A DNA stretch of 64,000 bases, taken from contig JBEGTG010000001.1 of assembly GCA_041179525.1 (NCBI GenBank), positions 11,806-75,805 of the forward strand. Direction: 5' to 3'. Source of the DNA: Bacteroidota bacterium. GTDB lineage: Bacteria; Bacteroidota; Bacteroidia; Flavobacteriales_D; Crocinitomicaceae. Both the position numbers and the translations under genes were made by a program. Of the stretch, positions 45,950-56,206 are shown piece by piece (the stretch's first letter is position 1; every line of letters starts with the position of its first letter). The notes under the pieces were generated by a model. That model saw only the letters and a program-made list of their open reading frames with translations. It was not told the origin of the DNA and searched no databases.

Positions 45950-48574
45950 TTAGTAGTTATCGATGAAAAATCCTTTATATTCATCAAATTTCGACGTTTC
46001 TATCAACTTTTTCAAATTTTCTTGATTGATAATGAAAATTTTATTGTTTTGATAGTCATCTAAATACTCCGCTCCGGCCTTATAGGCATTCAGGTAATCC
46101 CAGGCAATTTTGCTCGTAGGGAAATCAGAAATAAGGATGAAATTCTTTTCATCGAGGGTCGTCTTGACCGTTACTTTTACTTTTGAAGTTTTAAAAGCCT
46201 TGGTTGAGAAATTGGCTACCGTGGTGCGTAGGTCATCGGCTTCTTCGTCTTCATCTAGGAGCACAATAACATACTGGCTGCCATTTGGCGTATACGTAAA
46301 GATAGACTGTTCTTTAGATGCCGGTTTGAGTTCAAATTTAGAATAACCCTTCTTGAGGATCTCTAGCATTTCTTTGGCGCGAACCGCCTGATCAGACTTT
46401 GGTTTCTCATCGATAATGCGCTGCAATAGCGGAACGAGTACTTGTTTGTCGGTCGCTTGCTGCCCAACAGCCAAGGCATTGAGCAATAAATATTCTGCTC
46501 TGTAGGCATTGGATGGGTCGTTGTCTATTACCGTTTGGGTAGCGGCTTGCACCTGCGCATAGTAGGCTTGGTCATATTTCTGAACGAGGGCGAGGTAAGC
46601 TTCTTGGTCTTTTTGAGCGCTTAATTTTTGCTTGACGTAGAAATCGGGGTCTTTGAAATACTTGGCCGCATCGGAGCTCGGGTACTTCTTGAGGATGTAT
46701 TGGCGGTATTTGTCGGCATCTGCTGAATTTTCATAAATCTTAAAGAGCTGAAAAGCAGCTGAGAGGTCGGTGGGATGATCCAGATTTTTATCGAGAATGG
46801 CCAAGAATTGCGCTGCGGCGAGTTCTGTTTCGTTGAGGATTTCTTTGTAGAGCACACCGGAAGTGTAGAGGGCTTCCAACAGGCGTTCTTGCGAGGCTTT
46901 CAGCGCCTCTGCGGTCAGTGGAATGTTCTTGAGCAGGCTCTCTACGGTGAGAGAATCTTTTTGGGCTGGTGAGGTTTGGGCTTGAGTGCTGTCCTGACCT
47001 TGAACGTCGATGTTGGCATTCAAGACGATGCGCTCGCTGCGGCGCCAGTCGTCGGTGTTGTCTCGCTGACCCCAATTTTTGCGGAACTCATTGTAACCTT
47101 CTTCGCGGAGTTTGGGGTTGTTGAAGATGAATTTGTTGGCATTGGCATTCGTATTGGTCGGCTGGCTCTGCTGTAAGGCGAGCAGTTTGGCTGCCTCGAG
47201 TTCTTTACGGCGCTGTTCATCGCGCTTGATTTGTTTGAGGGTTTCTTTGAGGAAGTCTTCGCGGTCTTTTTCGGAGAGTGCTGCAATTTTTTGAACAGAA
47301 TCTTCGAATTGTGCGGTTTCAATGGCCTTGACTAAATCGGCAAGTTTGGTGGCTTTGCTTTTGATTTGCTCGCCATTTGGATAATCTTCGGTAATGAAGC
47401 GAGAACTTGAATCGTAGTATTTCTGAGCGTACACGAAGTTCTTTTCTTGAAAAGAAAGATCGCCGAGTTTTTCGTAGGCCTGTGCGCGTTGACGTTTGTT
47501 GTTATTGGAATAAAACGCCGCTGAGGTAAGGTGAGATTTAGCAAGCGGCTTATTGCCCTTGTTGATCTCCATTAAAGCCATTGCGTAGTAAATTTGGTCT
47601 TTAAAAGTGGCGTTTTTGGCATCGCGCAGCATTTTTTGGAGGTCACCCATGAGGCGCTCGTCTCCGCTCACGATGGCACGGTTGAGGCGGGCATTGAAGG
47701 CGATGTCTGAGGCTGCTGCTGCTTTGTATGCCTTGCCGAAGTGTACTGCGGCATCTGGCAGTTGGTTTTGCAGTTGGTGAACTTGTGCCAAAATATAATG
47801 CAAGCGCGCTTTTTCTTTGGCATTTGAGCACTTGGCAATAGCGAGTTCTAGACCCTCAATGGCGACGTCGTATTCGCGGCGACGCAAAGCGAGGTCGGCA
47901 TAGGCGCGGTGGATCTCGAATTGTAAATTCTTGGACATTTGCGGCCCTGCCTCTGGGTTCTTTTTGCGCAAGAAAGGAATGTAGTCTGTGAGTTGTTTGT
48001 CGTTTTGGATTTCGGCGCGTTCGTTGAGCGCATCTAAAATCAGTTTGGCATCGGCGTATTTGCGCTGCTCGATGTAAATGCGAGCAATCCAAAGACTGGC
48101 GATATAGGCGCTCTGGTCTTTTTCAAAGAAACGCTTGACAAACTGAAAATTATCTAAGGCTTTTTGGTAGTCTCGGCGGTAAAAGTAAGCCTCGCCGACA
48201 GTGAGCCAGTTTTCATCGATCCATTTGTTGTATTCTACCGTTTTGTAGAACATGTTTTCTGCGGTGGGCATGCTGTGATTGAGGATCACTTTGGCACATT
48301 TGACCACAGCGGTGTCTATGGCGGGAAGCATCCCTTTGACTTCTTTTTCTGTAGGTACAGGGAACACCGGCAGTAAAGCGTAGAAATCTTCTTTTCTTGC
48401 GTCTTGGTAGGTTTTCAAGGACACGCGCAATAGTTCTTTGGCATTGAAATGCCCGTTGTACTTGGCGGTGGTTTGATGGTAAAAACGATTGAGTGGCGTA
48501 TTGTTTTCAGTCGAACAAGCCCATGACAAGAAGAGCAAAAGCAGTGTCAGGAAAAAATGTAGACTTATACGCAT
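45950..48574 (-). CDS. Large TPR lipoprotein, candidate T9SS PorW/SprE
   Basis: Lipobox LSWAC. About 870 aa with multiple TPR-like units. Size, lipoprotein nature and a T9SS-rich genome fit SprE, but I cannot confirm without an HMM. ATG at 48574. Confidence 0.55.
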   Translation of the reverse strand: MRISLHFFLTLLLLFLSWACSTENNTPLNRFYHQTTAKYNGHFNAKELLRVSLKTYQDARKEDFYALLPVFPVPTEKEVKGMLPAIDTAVVKCAKVILNHSMPTAENMFYKTVEYNKWIDENWLTVGEAYFYRRDYQKALDNFQFVKRFFEKDQSAYIASLWIARIYIEQRKYADAKLILDALNERAEIQNDKQLTDYIPFLRKKNPEAGPQMSKNLQFEIHRAYADLALRRREYDVAIEGLELAIAKCSNAKEKARLHYILAQVHQLQNQLPDAAVHFGKAYKAAAASDIAFNARLNRAIVSGDERLMGDLQKMLRDAKNATFKDQIYYAMALMEINKGNKPLAKSHLTSAAFYSNNNKRQRAQAYEKLGDLSFQEKNFVYAQKYYDSSSRFITEDYPNGEQIKSKATKLADLVKAIETAQFEDSVQKIAALSEKDREDFLKETLKQIKRDEQRRKELEAAKLLALQQSQPTNTNANANKFIFNNPKLREEGYNEFRKNWGQRDNTDDWRRSERIVLNANIDVQGQDSTQAQTSPAQKDSLTVESLLKNIPLTAEALKASQERLLEALYTSGVLYKEILNETELAAAQFLAILDKNLDHPTDLSAAFQLFKIYENSADADKYRQYILKKYPSSDAAKYFKDPDFYVKQKLSAQKDQEAYLALVQKYDQAYYAQVQAATQTVIDNDPSNAYRAEYLLLNALAVGQQATDKQVLVPLLQRIIDEKPKSDQAVRAKEMLEILKKGYSKFELKPASKEQSIFTYTPNGSQYVIVLLDEDEEADDLRTTVANFSTKAFKTSKVKVTVKTTLDEKNFILISDFPTSKIAWDYLNAYKAGAEYLDDYQNNKIFIINQENLKKLIETSKFDEYKGFFIDNY

Positions 48575-48623
48575 GGACAATGAAAGGCGTTATAACGCAA
48601 AAATTGCGTTTTTAGTATGTAGT

Positions 48624-49334
48624 TTATGCAATATTGGTAAAGACCTGTTGGATGTCGTCGTCGTCTTCAATTTTATCGAGCATTTTTTCGATGTCGATGA
48701 GTTGTTCCTCTGAAAAATCTACCGGGCTTGTTGGAATGCGTTTGAGGCTAGATTTCTGCACTTCTATTTGCATGTCTTCGAGTGCTTTGGCTAGGGTTCC
48801 AAAAGCGGTGTAGTCGCCGTAAACGATAATTTGCTCTTCCTCTATCTCGATTTGCTCACAACCTGCATCGATGAGTTCTAACTCAAGCATTTCTGGATCG
48901 AGTTCTGGCGTTTTGGCGATTTCAAAAATACTTTTGCGCGAGAACATGAATTCCATTGAACCATTAGGTACTACAGCACCTCCTGCTTTGTTAAAGTAAG
49001 ACTTGACATTGGCAACGGTACGCGTTGGGTTGTCGGTGGCACACTCTACGTAAACCAACACGCCATGTGGGCCCTTGCCTTCGTAGTTCACTTCTGTAAA
49101 AGAGGCAATATCTTTTTGAGCCGCACGCTTGATGGCAGACTCGATATTGTCTTTGGGCATATTTTCGGATTTCGCATTTTGAATAGCGGTGCGCAACTTA
49201 GCGTTGGTGGTGGGGTCCATGCCGCCTTCTTTAGCTGCCATGGTGATGGCCTTGCCTAATTTCGGAAACATTTTGGACATTTTGTCCCAACGTTTTTCTT
49301 TGGCTGCTCTGCGGTATTCAAATGCTCTTCCCAT
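48624..49334 (-). CDS. YebC/PmpR family DNA-binding regulator
   Basis: [16 protein letters not shown] is the conserved N-terminus; the track start at 49355 is TTG. Also [13 protein letters not shown]. Confidence 0.9.
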   Translation of the reverse strand: MGRAFEYRRAAKEKRWDKMSKMFPKLGKAITMAAKEGGMDPTTNAKLRTAIQNAKSENMPKDNIESAIKRAAQKDIASFTEVNYEGKGPHGVLVYVECATDNPTRTVANVKSYFNKAGGAVVPNGSMEFMFSRKSIFEIAKTPELDPEMLELELIDAGCEQIEIEEEQIIVYGDYTAFGTLAKALEDMQIEVQKSSLKRIPTSPVDFSEEQLIDIEKMLDKIEDDDDIQQVFTNIA

Positions 49335-49399
49335 AATGCGTATACTTTTGGGCAAAAGTAAGGAATTCGCAAGGAAAATTCAAGTAGGTTTTCAGGCCT

Positions 49400-49990
49400 T
49401 TAGGCCAAAATTTGCTCGATATAGTTGAGTAAGGGCTCTTTTCCGAATCCGGACTCGGCAGATGTGGTGAAGACAGGTGGCAATTCGGCCCAAACCTTCA
49501 GCATTTCTTTTTTGTATTTGGCCAAGTTTTTTTGCAGCGCCGAACTAGATAATTTGTCGATTTTGGTAAAAACCATAGAAAAAGGTAGTCCTTTTTGGCC
49601 GCACCAATTCATGAATTCGAGGTCAATTTTTTGAGGTTCTAGCCTGGCATCTAGCAAGACAAAAATATTATATAGCGTCTCGCGCTTGGTCAGGTAGTCA
49701 GCAATAAAGCGCTCAAATGAACTGCGTTGGGTTCGACTGACTTTCGCGTAGCCATAACCTGGTAAATCGACGAGGTACCAGTGGTCGTTGATAATAAAAT
49801 GATTGATGAGCTGGGTTTTGCCTGGAGTTCCGGAAGTTTTGGCTAGGCCTTTTCTGGAAGTTAACATGTTGATTAACGACGACTTACCTACGTTTGACCT
49901 GCCAATAAAAGCGAATTCAGGCTTGCCGTCTAGCGGACACTTGCTTACTTCAGTATTGGAGATGGTGAATTCTGCGCTTTTGATTTGCAT
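49400..49990 (-). CDS. engB: Ribosome biogenesis GTPase YsxC/EngB
   Basis: G1 motif [13 protein letters not shown]3 motif DLPGYG, and TKIDK. Confidence 0.9.
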   Translation of the reverse strand: MQIKSAEFTISNTEVSKCPLDGKPEFAFIGRSNVGKSSLINMLTSRKGLAKTSGTPGKTQLINHFIINDHWYLVDLPGYGYAKVSRTQRSSFERFIADYLTKRETLYNIFVLLDARLEPQKIDLEFMNWCGQKGLPFSMVFTKIDKLSSSALQKNLAKYKKEMLKVWAELPPVFTTSAESGFGKEPLLNYIEQILA

Positions 49991-50015
49991 CTTGCAAAGT
50001 TACACTTTAAACTTT

Positions 50016-50023
50016 TATTTTTG
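50016..50023 (+). promoter_or_regulatory. Candidate -7 box (TAnnTTTG)
   Basis: Exact TATTTTTG, 54 nt upstream of ATG 50077. Confidence 0.3.
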
Positions 50024-50076
50024 CGGCAAAGCGAACAATCTATCTTGAAGGTTGTTAGGGTTTCACTACACAGAAG

Positions 50077-50946
50077 ATGGCAGAATATAAAATCAAGGAT
50101 ATCGAAATACTGACGGGCATCAAAGCCCACACCATTCGCATTTGGGAAAAGCGCTACGGCATGCTGATTCCAGAGCGTACCGATACCAAAATTCGAACCT
50201 ACACAGACGCCGACTTATCTTTTTTGCTCAATGTCAGTTTACTGAACAAAAAAGGACTCAAAATTTCGAAAATTGCCACCATGGGCACCACTGCTATACA
50301 TCACATGGTTTCCGAAATTCGACTCAATTCTTCTATAGACAACGCCGAGGAAAAGCTCATTTTAGCGCTACTCGAACTCGACGAACAGCTTTTTCGCAAC
50401 ACCCTCAATGACCTCATCAAAAACAAAGGTTTAGAGGCTACTTTTGCCGAAAACCTCATTCCGTTTTTAGACCGCATTGGCGTGATGTGGTTGGTCAATA
50501 GCATTTCAGCTGCACAGGAACACTTTATCTCGAACCTCATCCGTCAGAAAGTAATTACTGAAATTGACCGTCTACCGATTCCACCTAAATCAAAAGAAAG
50601 CGTTTTGCTCTTTTTGCCCGAACACGACTGGCATGAAATTGGCCTTCTTTTTTATCAGTATTTGCTCAGATCCAAAGGCCACTATACCTATTATTTAGGC
50701 CAGAGCCTCCCTTACGACTCTTTGGTTGATTGCATTCAAAGGTTAAAGCCAACAGTTGTATTGAGCAGCTGGCTAACGGCCGTTGATCAGCATTTTATTG
50801 TGGGGTATTTCAAGCAACTCCACAACGACGCGCCAGAAGTGCGTTACATTGCAGGTGGTGCACAGATTCATACGCACTCAGCAGCGCTCAAAGACCTCCT
50901 TACTGAGGTCAAAAATTCTGCGAGTCTGCTCTCTCTTTTTGAGTAG
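50077..50946 (+). CDS. MerR-family regulator with CarH/LitR-type cobalamin-binding domain
   Basis: MerR HTH (YKIKDIEILTGIKAHTIRIWEKRYG). W-x9-EH (WLVNSISAAQEH, W at 50488). DxHxxG (DWHEIG, 50626-50643). Followed by SWL and GG motifs. Confidence 0.75.
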   Translation: MAEYKIKDIEILTGIKAHTIRIWEKRYGMLIPERTDTKIRTYTDADLSFLLNVSLLNKKGLKISKIATMGTTAIHHMVSEIRLNSSIDNAEEKLILALLELDEQLFRNTLNDLIKNKGLEATFAENLIPFLDRIGVMWLVNSISAAQEHFISNLIRQKVITEIDRLPIPPKSKESVLLFLPEHDWHEIGLLFYQYLLRSKGHYTYYLGQSLPYDSLVDCIQRLKPTVVLSSWLTAVDQHFIVGYFKQLHNDAPEVRYIAGGAQIHTHSAALKDLLTEVKNSASLLSLFE

Positions 50947-50961
50947 TTAAATCTGCCTTGC

Positions 50962-53739
50962 TTAAAGCACGATATTTACAATCTTGCCGTGCACTACAAT
51001 CACCTTTTTCGGTGTTTTACCCTCCAACCATTTTTGCGTTTCTGGCTTGGCCAAAATCAGGTCTTTGACCTCATCACTGGAAAGCGAGAGCTCTAATGTA
51101 GCTTTGTAGCGCATTTTTCCATTGAAAGAAACCGGGTAGTCAAAAGTAGATTCGGTCAAGTAACTTGGGTCAAAAACCGGATAAGTTGCCGTAAAAATAC
51201 TTGACGACAACGGTTGTAATTGGGCCCAAATTTCTTCACAGATATGCGGAGCATAAGGCGCCATCAAAATAGTGAGTTGTTCTAAAATGTGGCGGTTATT
51301 GCACTTTTGCTCTGTGAGTTCATTGACGCAAATCATGAAGCTCGAAACACCTGTATTGAAAGAGAAGCGCTCGAGGTCGTCGGTGAGTTTTTTGATGGTT
51401 TTGTGCAGCGTTTTAAGTGCAGCAGGATCTGGCTGCGCATCTACTACTTCAAAATGCCCGTTTTGGTGAAACAAACGCCAATATTTTTTGAGGAAGCCGT
51501 GTACCCCGGTAATACCTTTGGTATCCCAAGGTTTACTTTGCTCTAGCGGCCCTAAGAACATCTCGTACATGCGCAAGGTGTCGGCGCCATATTTCTGGCA
51601 AAGATCATCTGGCGTGACCACATTATACCAACGCTTAGACATTTTATCCACTTCTCTTTTGACCAGCACTTTGCCCGCTGCATTGCAGACAAATTCTTGC
51701 TGAGCATATTGGGGTTGCCATGCTTTGAGCGCGTCTAGCTGAATGCTTTCGTCGTCGTTGAGCAGGTCGATCAAAATGCGCACTTCTCTGAAGCCTTCCT
51801 TGGCAGCTGGCAACATGTCTAGTGAATACATTTTTTGATCTGGGCCCATATAGGCAATTGCCGATTTGCCTAAGATCATGCCTTGGTTGATCAGTTTGGC
51901 AAAAGGTTCATCGAATTGAATAAAACCGAGATCATAAAGTACTTTAGTCCAGAAGCGGGCATAAAGTAAGTGACCCGTTGCATGCTCTGAACCGCCAATA
52001 TATAAATCGACCTGATTCCAATAAGCCAGTTTTTCTGGATCTGCAAAGGTTTCTTGGTTGTGTGGATCCATGTAGCGCAGAAAATACCAAGAGCTTCCGG
52101 CCCAACCTGGCATGGTGTTGTATTCCATGCGCTCTCCCAACTGGCAAGACCAAGCCGCTTTGGCCGCTCTTGCTAACGGTGGCTCACCGTCTTCAGTCGG
52201 TAAATAAGCATCTACATCTGGCAGTGTGACAGGCAATAGCGCGTCGTCTACGAGTTGCGGTAAACCATCTTGATAATAGACCGGAAAAGGCTCGCCCCAA
52301 TAGCGTTGGCGCGAAAATACGGCATCTCGAAGGCGGTAATTGGTTTTACCCTGACCGATTCCTTTGGCTTCGATGGCAGCAATTGCTTTTTCCATGGCTG
52401 CTTTGCTATCGAGACCATTCAGGAAGTCAGAGTTGGCAATGACTGCATCTTTTTCGGTATAGGCCGCGTCAGAGAGGTCTTGGTCGGCAAAAATAGATGG
52501 AATCGGTAAGTTGAAATGCTTGGCGAAGTCGTAGTCGCGTTGATCGCCACAAGGTACGGCCATCACGGCGCCGGTGCCATAAGATGCCAGCACGTAATCG
52601 CCAATCCAAATTGGAATTTCTTGACCTGTGAACGGATGCAATGCATAAGCGCCTGTAAACGCACCCGTAATGTTTTTGACATCTGCTTGGCGATCGCGTT
52701 CTGTTTTGAGAGCAGCTTGTTGTTTGTAGGCCTCAACCTCCTCTTTTTGATCTGCCGAGCAGATTTGATTGACGTAGGGGTGCTCGGGTGCCAACACCAT
52801 GAAGCTCACGCCAAAAATAGTATCGGGGCGCGTAGTAAAAACTTCTATTTGCAGCGCATTGTCTTTGACTTCAAAATGCACACTAGAGCCCTTCGATTTG
52901 CCAATCCAGTTGCGCTGTTGCTCTTTAAGGGCGTCTGTCCAGTCTATGCGGTCGAGGCCTTCGAGCAAACGCTCTGCATAAGCTTTGATGCGCATAGACC
53001 ACTGCATCATGCGCTTTTGCTCTACTGGGTGGCCGCCGCGTTCCGAAACGCCATTGACGATTTCGTCGTTGGCCAAAACAGTACCTAGTGCAGGACACCA
53101 ATTGACCCAACTTTCGGCCAAATAAGCCATGCGGTATTGTTGCAGCACCGCTTCTTTTGCAGCGGGTGTAAAACTAGCCCAAGTTGCCGCATCAAAAAGC
53201 TGTTCACAATCGTGCACAGCCTGTACATTCTTGTTTCCTTCTTGCTCAAATGTTTGGATGAGCACAGAAATAGGTGCAGCTTTATCTTTGCTGAGGTCGT
53301 AATAGGCGTTGAAGAGTTGTTTAAAGATCCATTGTGTCCATTTGTAGTAAGATGGATCAGAAGTGCGTACTTCGCGGTCCCAATCAAAACTAAAGCCCAT
53401 GAGGTCTAGCTGTTGGCGATAGCGCGCAATGTTTTCTTTGGTGGTAATTGCCGGATGCTGCCCGGTCTGGATGGCGTATTGTTCTGCAGGCAAACCAAAA
53501 GAGTCGTAACCCATTGGATGCAAGACATTGAACCCTTTCAAACGCTTATAGCGCGCAAAGATATCAGAAGCGATATAACCGAGCGGATGCCCAACATGCA
53601 AGCCTGCTCCTGACGGATACGGAAACATGTCCAAAACGTAAAATTTTGGCTTAGAAGGATCTTCTGTTACTTGATATGTTTTGCGCTCTTGCCAAATTTG
53701 GCGCCATTTGGCTTCGATTGCGTTGAAAGTGTAGTCCAT
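50962..53739 (-). CDS. leuS: Leucine--tRNA ligase
   Basis: HIGH-type PYPSGAGLHVGHPLGY and KMSKS-type VDKMSKR. Start at ATG 53739 (MDYTFNAIEAKW). Confidence 0.93.
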   Translation of the reverse strand: MDYTFNAIEAKWRQIWQERKTYQVTEDPSKPKFYVLDMFPYPSGAGLHVGHPLGYIASDIFARYKRLKGFNVLHPMGYDSFGLPAEQYAIQTGQHPAITTKENIARYRQQLDLMGFSFDWDREVRTSDPSYYKWTQWIFKQLFNAYYDLSKDKAAPISVLIQTFEQEGNKNVQAVHDCEQLFDAATWASFTPAAKEAVLQQYRMAYLAESWVNWCPALGTVLANDEIVNGVSERGGHPVEQKRMMQWSMRIKAYAERLLEGLDRIDWTDALKEQQRNWIGKSKGSSVHFEVKDNALQIEVFTTRPDTIFGVSFMVLAPEHPYVNQICSADQKEEVEAYKQQAALKTERDRQADVKNITGAFTGAYALHPFTGQEIPIWIGDYVLASYGTGAVMAVPCGDQRDYDFAKHFNLPIPSIFADQDLSDAAYTEKDAVIANSDFLNGLDSKAAMEKAIAAIEAKGIGQGKTNYRLRDAVFSRQRYWGEPFPVYYQDGLPQLVDDALLPVTLPDVDAYLPTEDGEPPLARAAKAAWSCQLGERMEYNTMPGWAGSSWYFLRYMDPHNQETFADPEKLAYWNQVDLYIGGSEHATGHLLYARFWTKVLYDLGFIQFDEPFAKLINQGMILGKSAIAYMGPDQKMYSLDMLPAAKEGFREVRILIDLLNDDESIQLDALKAWQPQYAQQEFVCNAAGKVLVKREVDKMSKRWYNVVTPDDLCQKYGADTLRMYEMFLGPLEQSKPWDTKGITGVHGFLKKYWRLFHQNGHFEVVDAQPDPAALKTLHKTIKKLTDDLERFSFNTGVSSFMICVNELTEQKCNNRHILEQLTILMAPYAPHICEEIWAQLQPLSSSIFTATYPVFDPSYLTESTFDYPVSFNGKMRYKATLELSLSSDEVKDLILAKPETQKWLEGKTPKKVIVVHGKIVNIVL

Positions 53740-53777
53740 GTTTGCTTGTAGAAAGCACAAAGATACAAAGCTTGGGC

Positions 53778-54482
53778 TTACTGCAATAGAAAGTAGCAGC
53801 CAAGTGCCAAAAGCAAAGCATCATAGGAGCCCTTTGGCAAACGCAGTTCTCGGCGTACCACTAACAACGCTAGCAGGATCCATACCCAAGGTAAACCCAT
53901 GAAAAAGCAAAACAAAGTCAACAAAAACAAGACGACATAAGCTGCGCTTTCTTTTCCCAAAAAACCCGCTAAGGTCTTGATCTTCCCGGTGTCTTCCTCG
54001 ATATCTTCAATATCCGCCTGTATACTCAAGGCAAGGTAAAAAAGAAAAAATGGGAGGAACAGCAGATGCCAATTGCCCGATAAACCCCCAATCAAATTCA
54101 ATTGTACAAACCACATCACTGGGATCAGGAAGTTCTTTAAAAAAGGAATCTGACGCCATTTGAGGCCTCTTTCGTATTGCGCAGTTAATAAAACCTGGAC
54201 CAACAACAACACCCAAAACCAAACGTAAGGCAATACAGCCTGATGCACCACGAGGTAGAAGATGGCGCTCAATAAGCCAACTACGACTTGCAAACGCTTC
54301 AGCGAAGTGGATTGCATCCAAAAATAAACTTGTCCGATGAGCAAGCCATTCGCAATTGCTTGAAGTGCTTGATTGGTGTTCAGGGCAGCACGGCCATTGC
54401 TATAAGCAAACAAACCCATGCAATATATGGCCACAAATAGTGCCAACAATACATTTCGGAACAAACTACGCTTCAATGGCAT
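53778..54482 (-). CDS. Polytopic membrane protein with a single UbiA-like Asp-rich motif
   Basis: About 7 TM. DIEDIEEDTGKIKTLA resembles the second Asp-rich motif of UbiA prenyltransferases. No first motif found. Confidence 0.4.
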   Translation of the reverse strand: MPLKRSLFRNVLLALFVAIYCMGLFAYSNGRAALNTNQALQAIANGLLIGQVYFWMQSTSLKRLQVVVGLLSAIFYLVVHQAVLPYVWFWVLLLVQVLLTAQYERGLKWRQIPFLKNFLIPVMWFVQLNLIGGLSGNWHLLFLPFFLFYLALSIQADIEDIEEDTGKIKTLAGFLGKESAAYVVLFLLTLFCFFMGLPWVWILLALLVVRRELRLPKGSYDALLLALGCYFLLQ

Positions 54483-55452
54483 CTGCAATCTGGTCTATTG
54501 AAATTTGGGCAACACATGTGCAAGCACGGCCCTCAGCGCAAAGCTGACAATTCGGGTCAAAAACAAGTGCAGTTGCGCCTTTGCCCAAAGCTGCCCAGCG
54601 CCCCGGATGGATCGGCTTGCGACTGGCAAATAATCCAACTGCCCGAATACCGCTGAGCCCTGCTAAATGATATGGACCCGTAGAACAAGCCACCAGTGCT
54701 TTGGCTTTCGAAATGATGTAAATAAAGGTCTGCAAATCCCACTTACCCGTAGCATCTGAAATATTTGAATGAACTGGTATCTGAGCGCGAAAACAAGCAC
54801 CTTCTTTTTCAGTCCCTGTAAAATAAACCTGGTATCCAATCTCCACTAAGTATTTAGATAACTCCACATATTTTTCAATTGGATATTCAACCCCACTGCC
54901 ATTTGACTTTGGATGCAATAGCACAGCCTGGCTCCAATCCTGATTGGAAAGTGCAGCAGACAAAACCGGAACGCGAAAAGGTAAATTGGCATTCAATTCT
55001 TGCAACGATGGAACCTCCGTGATGCCAAGAGGAGCCAATAACTTGAAATTCAGTTGAGCTTCGTGTAGTGCGGAGCGCTTGCGCGAGAAACGCGGACGGT
55101 TATTGCACGTGAAAAGGTGAAAGAAACGATGCGCAGTGCCAATGCGCAATGGAATACGGGCTTGTTTGCACCATTTGGCAACTATTTGATTGGGAAAAAG
55201 GTGCAGCACGACATCGTACTGTCCGAGCACTTTGTTGCGTGTTTGATCGTCTAGTTGCTGGAGCTCATCAAGGAGTAAAACCTGAGCAATAGGCTCAAAA
55301 CACTCCACTACGGCGCTGGTATAACCGCGGCAAAGATAAGTCAGTTCACTATTCGGGAAAGCGCTCTTGAGTGCCTGGCAAACGGGTAGCGTAAGACAGA
55401 CATCGCCAATGGCATCTGTTCTTGAAATCAGTATTTTATTGGGTTCAGGCAT
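54466..55452 (-). CDS. Glycosyltransferase family 9 (heptosyltransferase-like)
   Basis: ILISRTDAIGDV near the N-terminus and GPYHLAG near the C-terminus are GT9 patterns. Confidence 0.75.
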   Translation of the reverse strand: MPEPNKILISRTDAIGDVCLTLPVCQALKSAFPNSELTYLCRGYTSAVVECFEPIAQVLLLDELQQLDDQTRNKVLGQYDVVLHLFPNQIVAKWCKQARIPLRIGTAHRFFHLFTCNNRPRFSRKRSALHEAQLNFKLLAPLGITEVPSLQELNANLPFRVPVLSAALSNQDWSQAVLLHPKSNGSGVEYPIEKYVELSKYLVEIGYQVYFTGTEKEGACFRAQIPVHSNISDATGKWDLQTFIYIISKAKALVACSTGPYHLAGLSGIRAVGLFASRKPIHPGRWAALGKGATALVFDPNCQLCAEGRACTCVAQISIDQIADAIEA

Positions 55453-56200
55453 GGCTCCAAAGTTGTCTGAGAAGGGTGTATTTTTGTTGTGTGGCGTAAG
55501 CGCTACGAACAGCGATGAGCCACCCAGCCTTCCCGTCTAGAAAGCCTTTTTTGATCAAATAAGATTTCATGAATTGGGCACAGACTTTCAAGTATAGTTT
55601 TCCCAAACTACAGCGTACTTTTCGCTCAAATAATTCGTGAGCTGCTATTTTAGAAAAGTAGTCTATTTGTCTGAAATGATCTGCTTTGGTGTAATACGAA
55701 TAATGAAGGAGGTCTCCCTGCAAATGCTGTACTTGAAGGCCCTCATGTGGTAAGAGTTGGTCGTGCGGATTGATTCCACCCCAAATGACGTCAGCTTTGG
55801 AGGCTAGGCGCAATTTGGTATCGGGATACCAACCGCTGTGATGAATCCACTTTCCACAATAATTCGTGAGGCGGTTCATCGTAAAACCTCCTTTTTGTGG
55901 TGACTGCGCTTTGACCTCTAGAATAGCGCTTTGTAACTCAGGAGTTAAAGCTTCATCGGCATCTAGGGATAAAACCCATGGGTGTGTGGCCCGCTTCAGT
56001 GCTTCATTCTTTTGCTGAATATGCCCTTCAAAAGGGTGCTGCTCAAATCGAACGCCATAGGAGCCGCAGATTGCCGCGGTGTTATCTGTGGAAAAGGAAT
56101 CCAGAACAAGAATTTCATCACAGACCCCTTGAAGAGAGGCCAAACACCGACCAATATTTCGGGCTTCGTTAAAGGTGATGATGACGCCTGAAAGTTTCAT
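55445..56200 (-). CDS. Glycosyltransferase family 2
   Basis: VIITFNEARNIGRCLAS and SLDADE, the GT-A DxD region. Confidence 0.8.
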   Translation of the reverse strand: MKLSGVIITFNEARNIGRCLASLQGVCDEILVLDSFSTDNTAAICGSYGVRFEQHPFEGHIQQKNEALKRATHPWVLSLDADEALTPELQSAILEVKAQSPQKGGFTMNRLTNYCGKWIHHSGWYPDTKLRLASKADVIWGGINPHDQLLPHEGLQVQHLQGDLLHYSYYTKADHFRQIDYFSKIAAHELFERKVRCSLGKLYLKVCAQFMKSYLIKKGFLDGKAGWLIAVRSAYATQQKYTLLRQLWSHA

Positions 56201-56206
56201 CGCAAG

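Noticed and set aside
45544-45966. 140-aa ORF antisense to the bactofilin gene
   Set aside because: The repetitive beta-helix coding sequence tends to stay open on the opposite strand, and the bactofilin frame has the characteristic repeat pattern.
48594-48613. Hairpin aacgcaa-aaa-ttgcgtt followed by T residues, between yebC and the TPR lipoprotein gene
   Set aside because: The T run lies on the plus strand but both flanking genes are on the minus strand, and on the minus strand the stem is followed by ataacgcc. The orientation does not fit a terminator for either gene.
52516-53088. 190-aa antisense ORF within leuS
   Set aside because: leuS is unambiguous from its HIGH and KMSKS motifs, so this is an antisense artefact.
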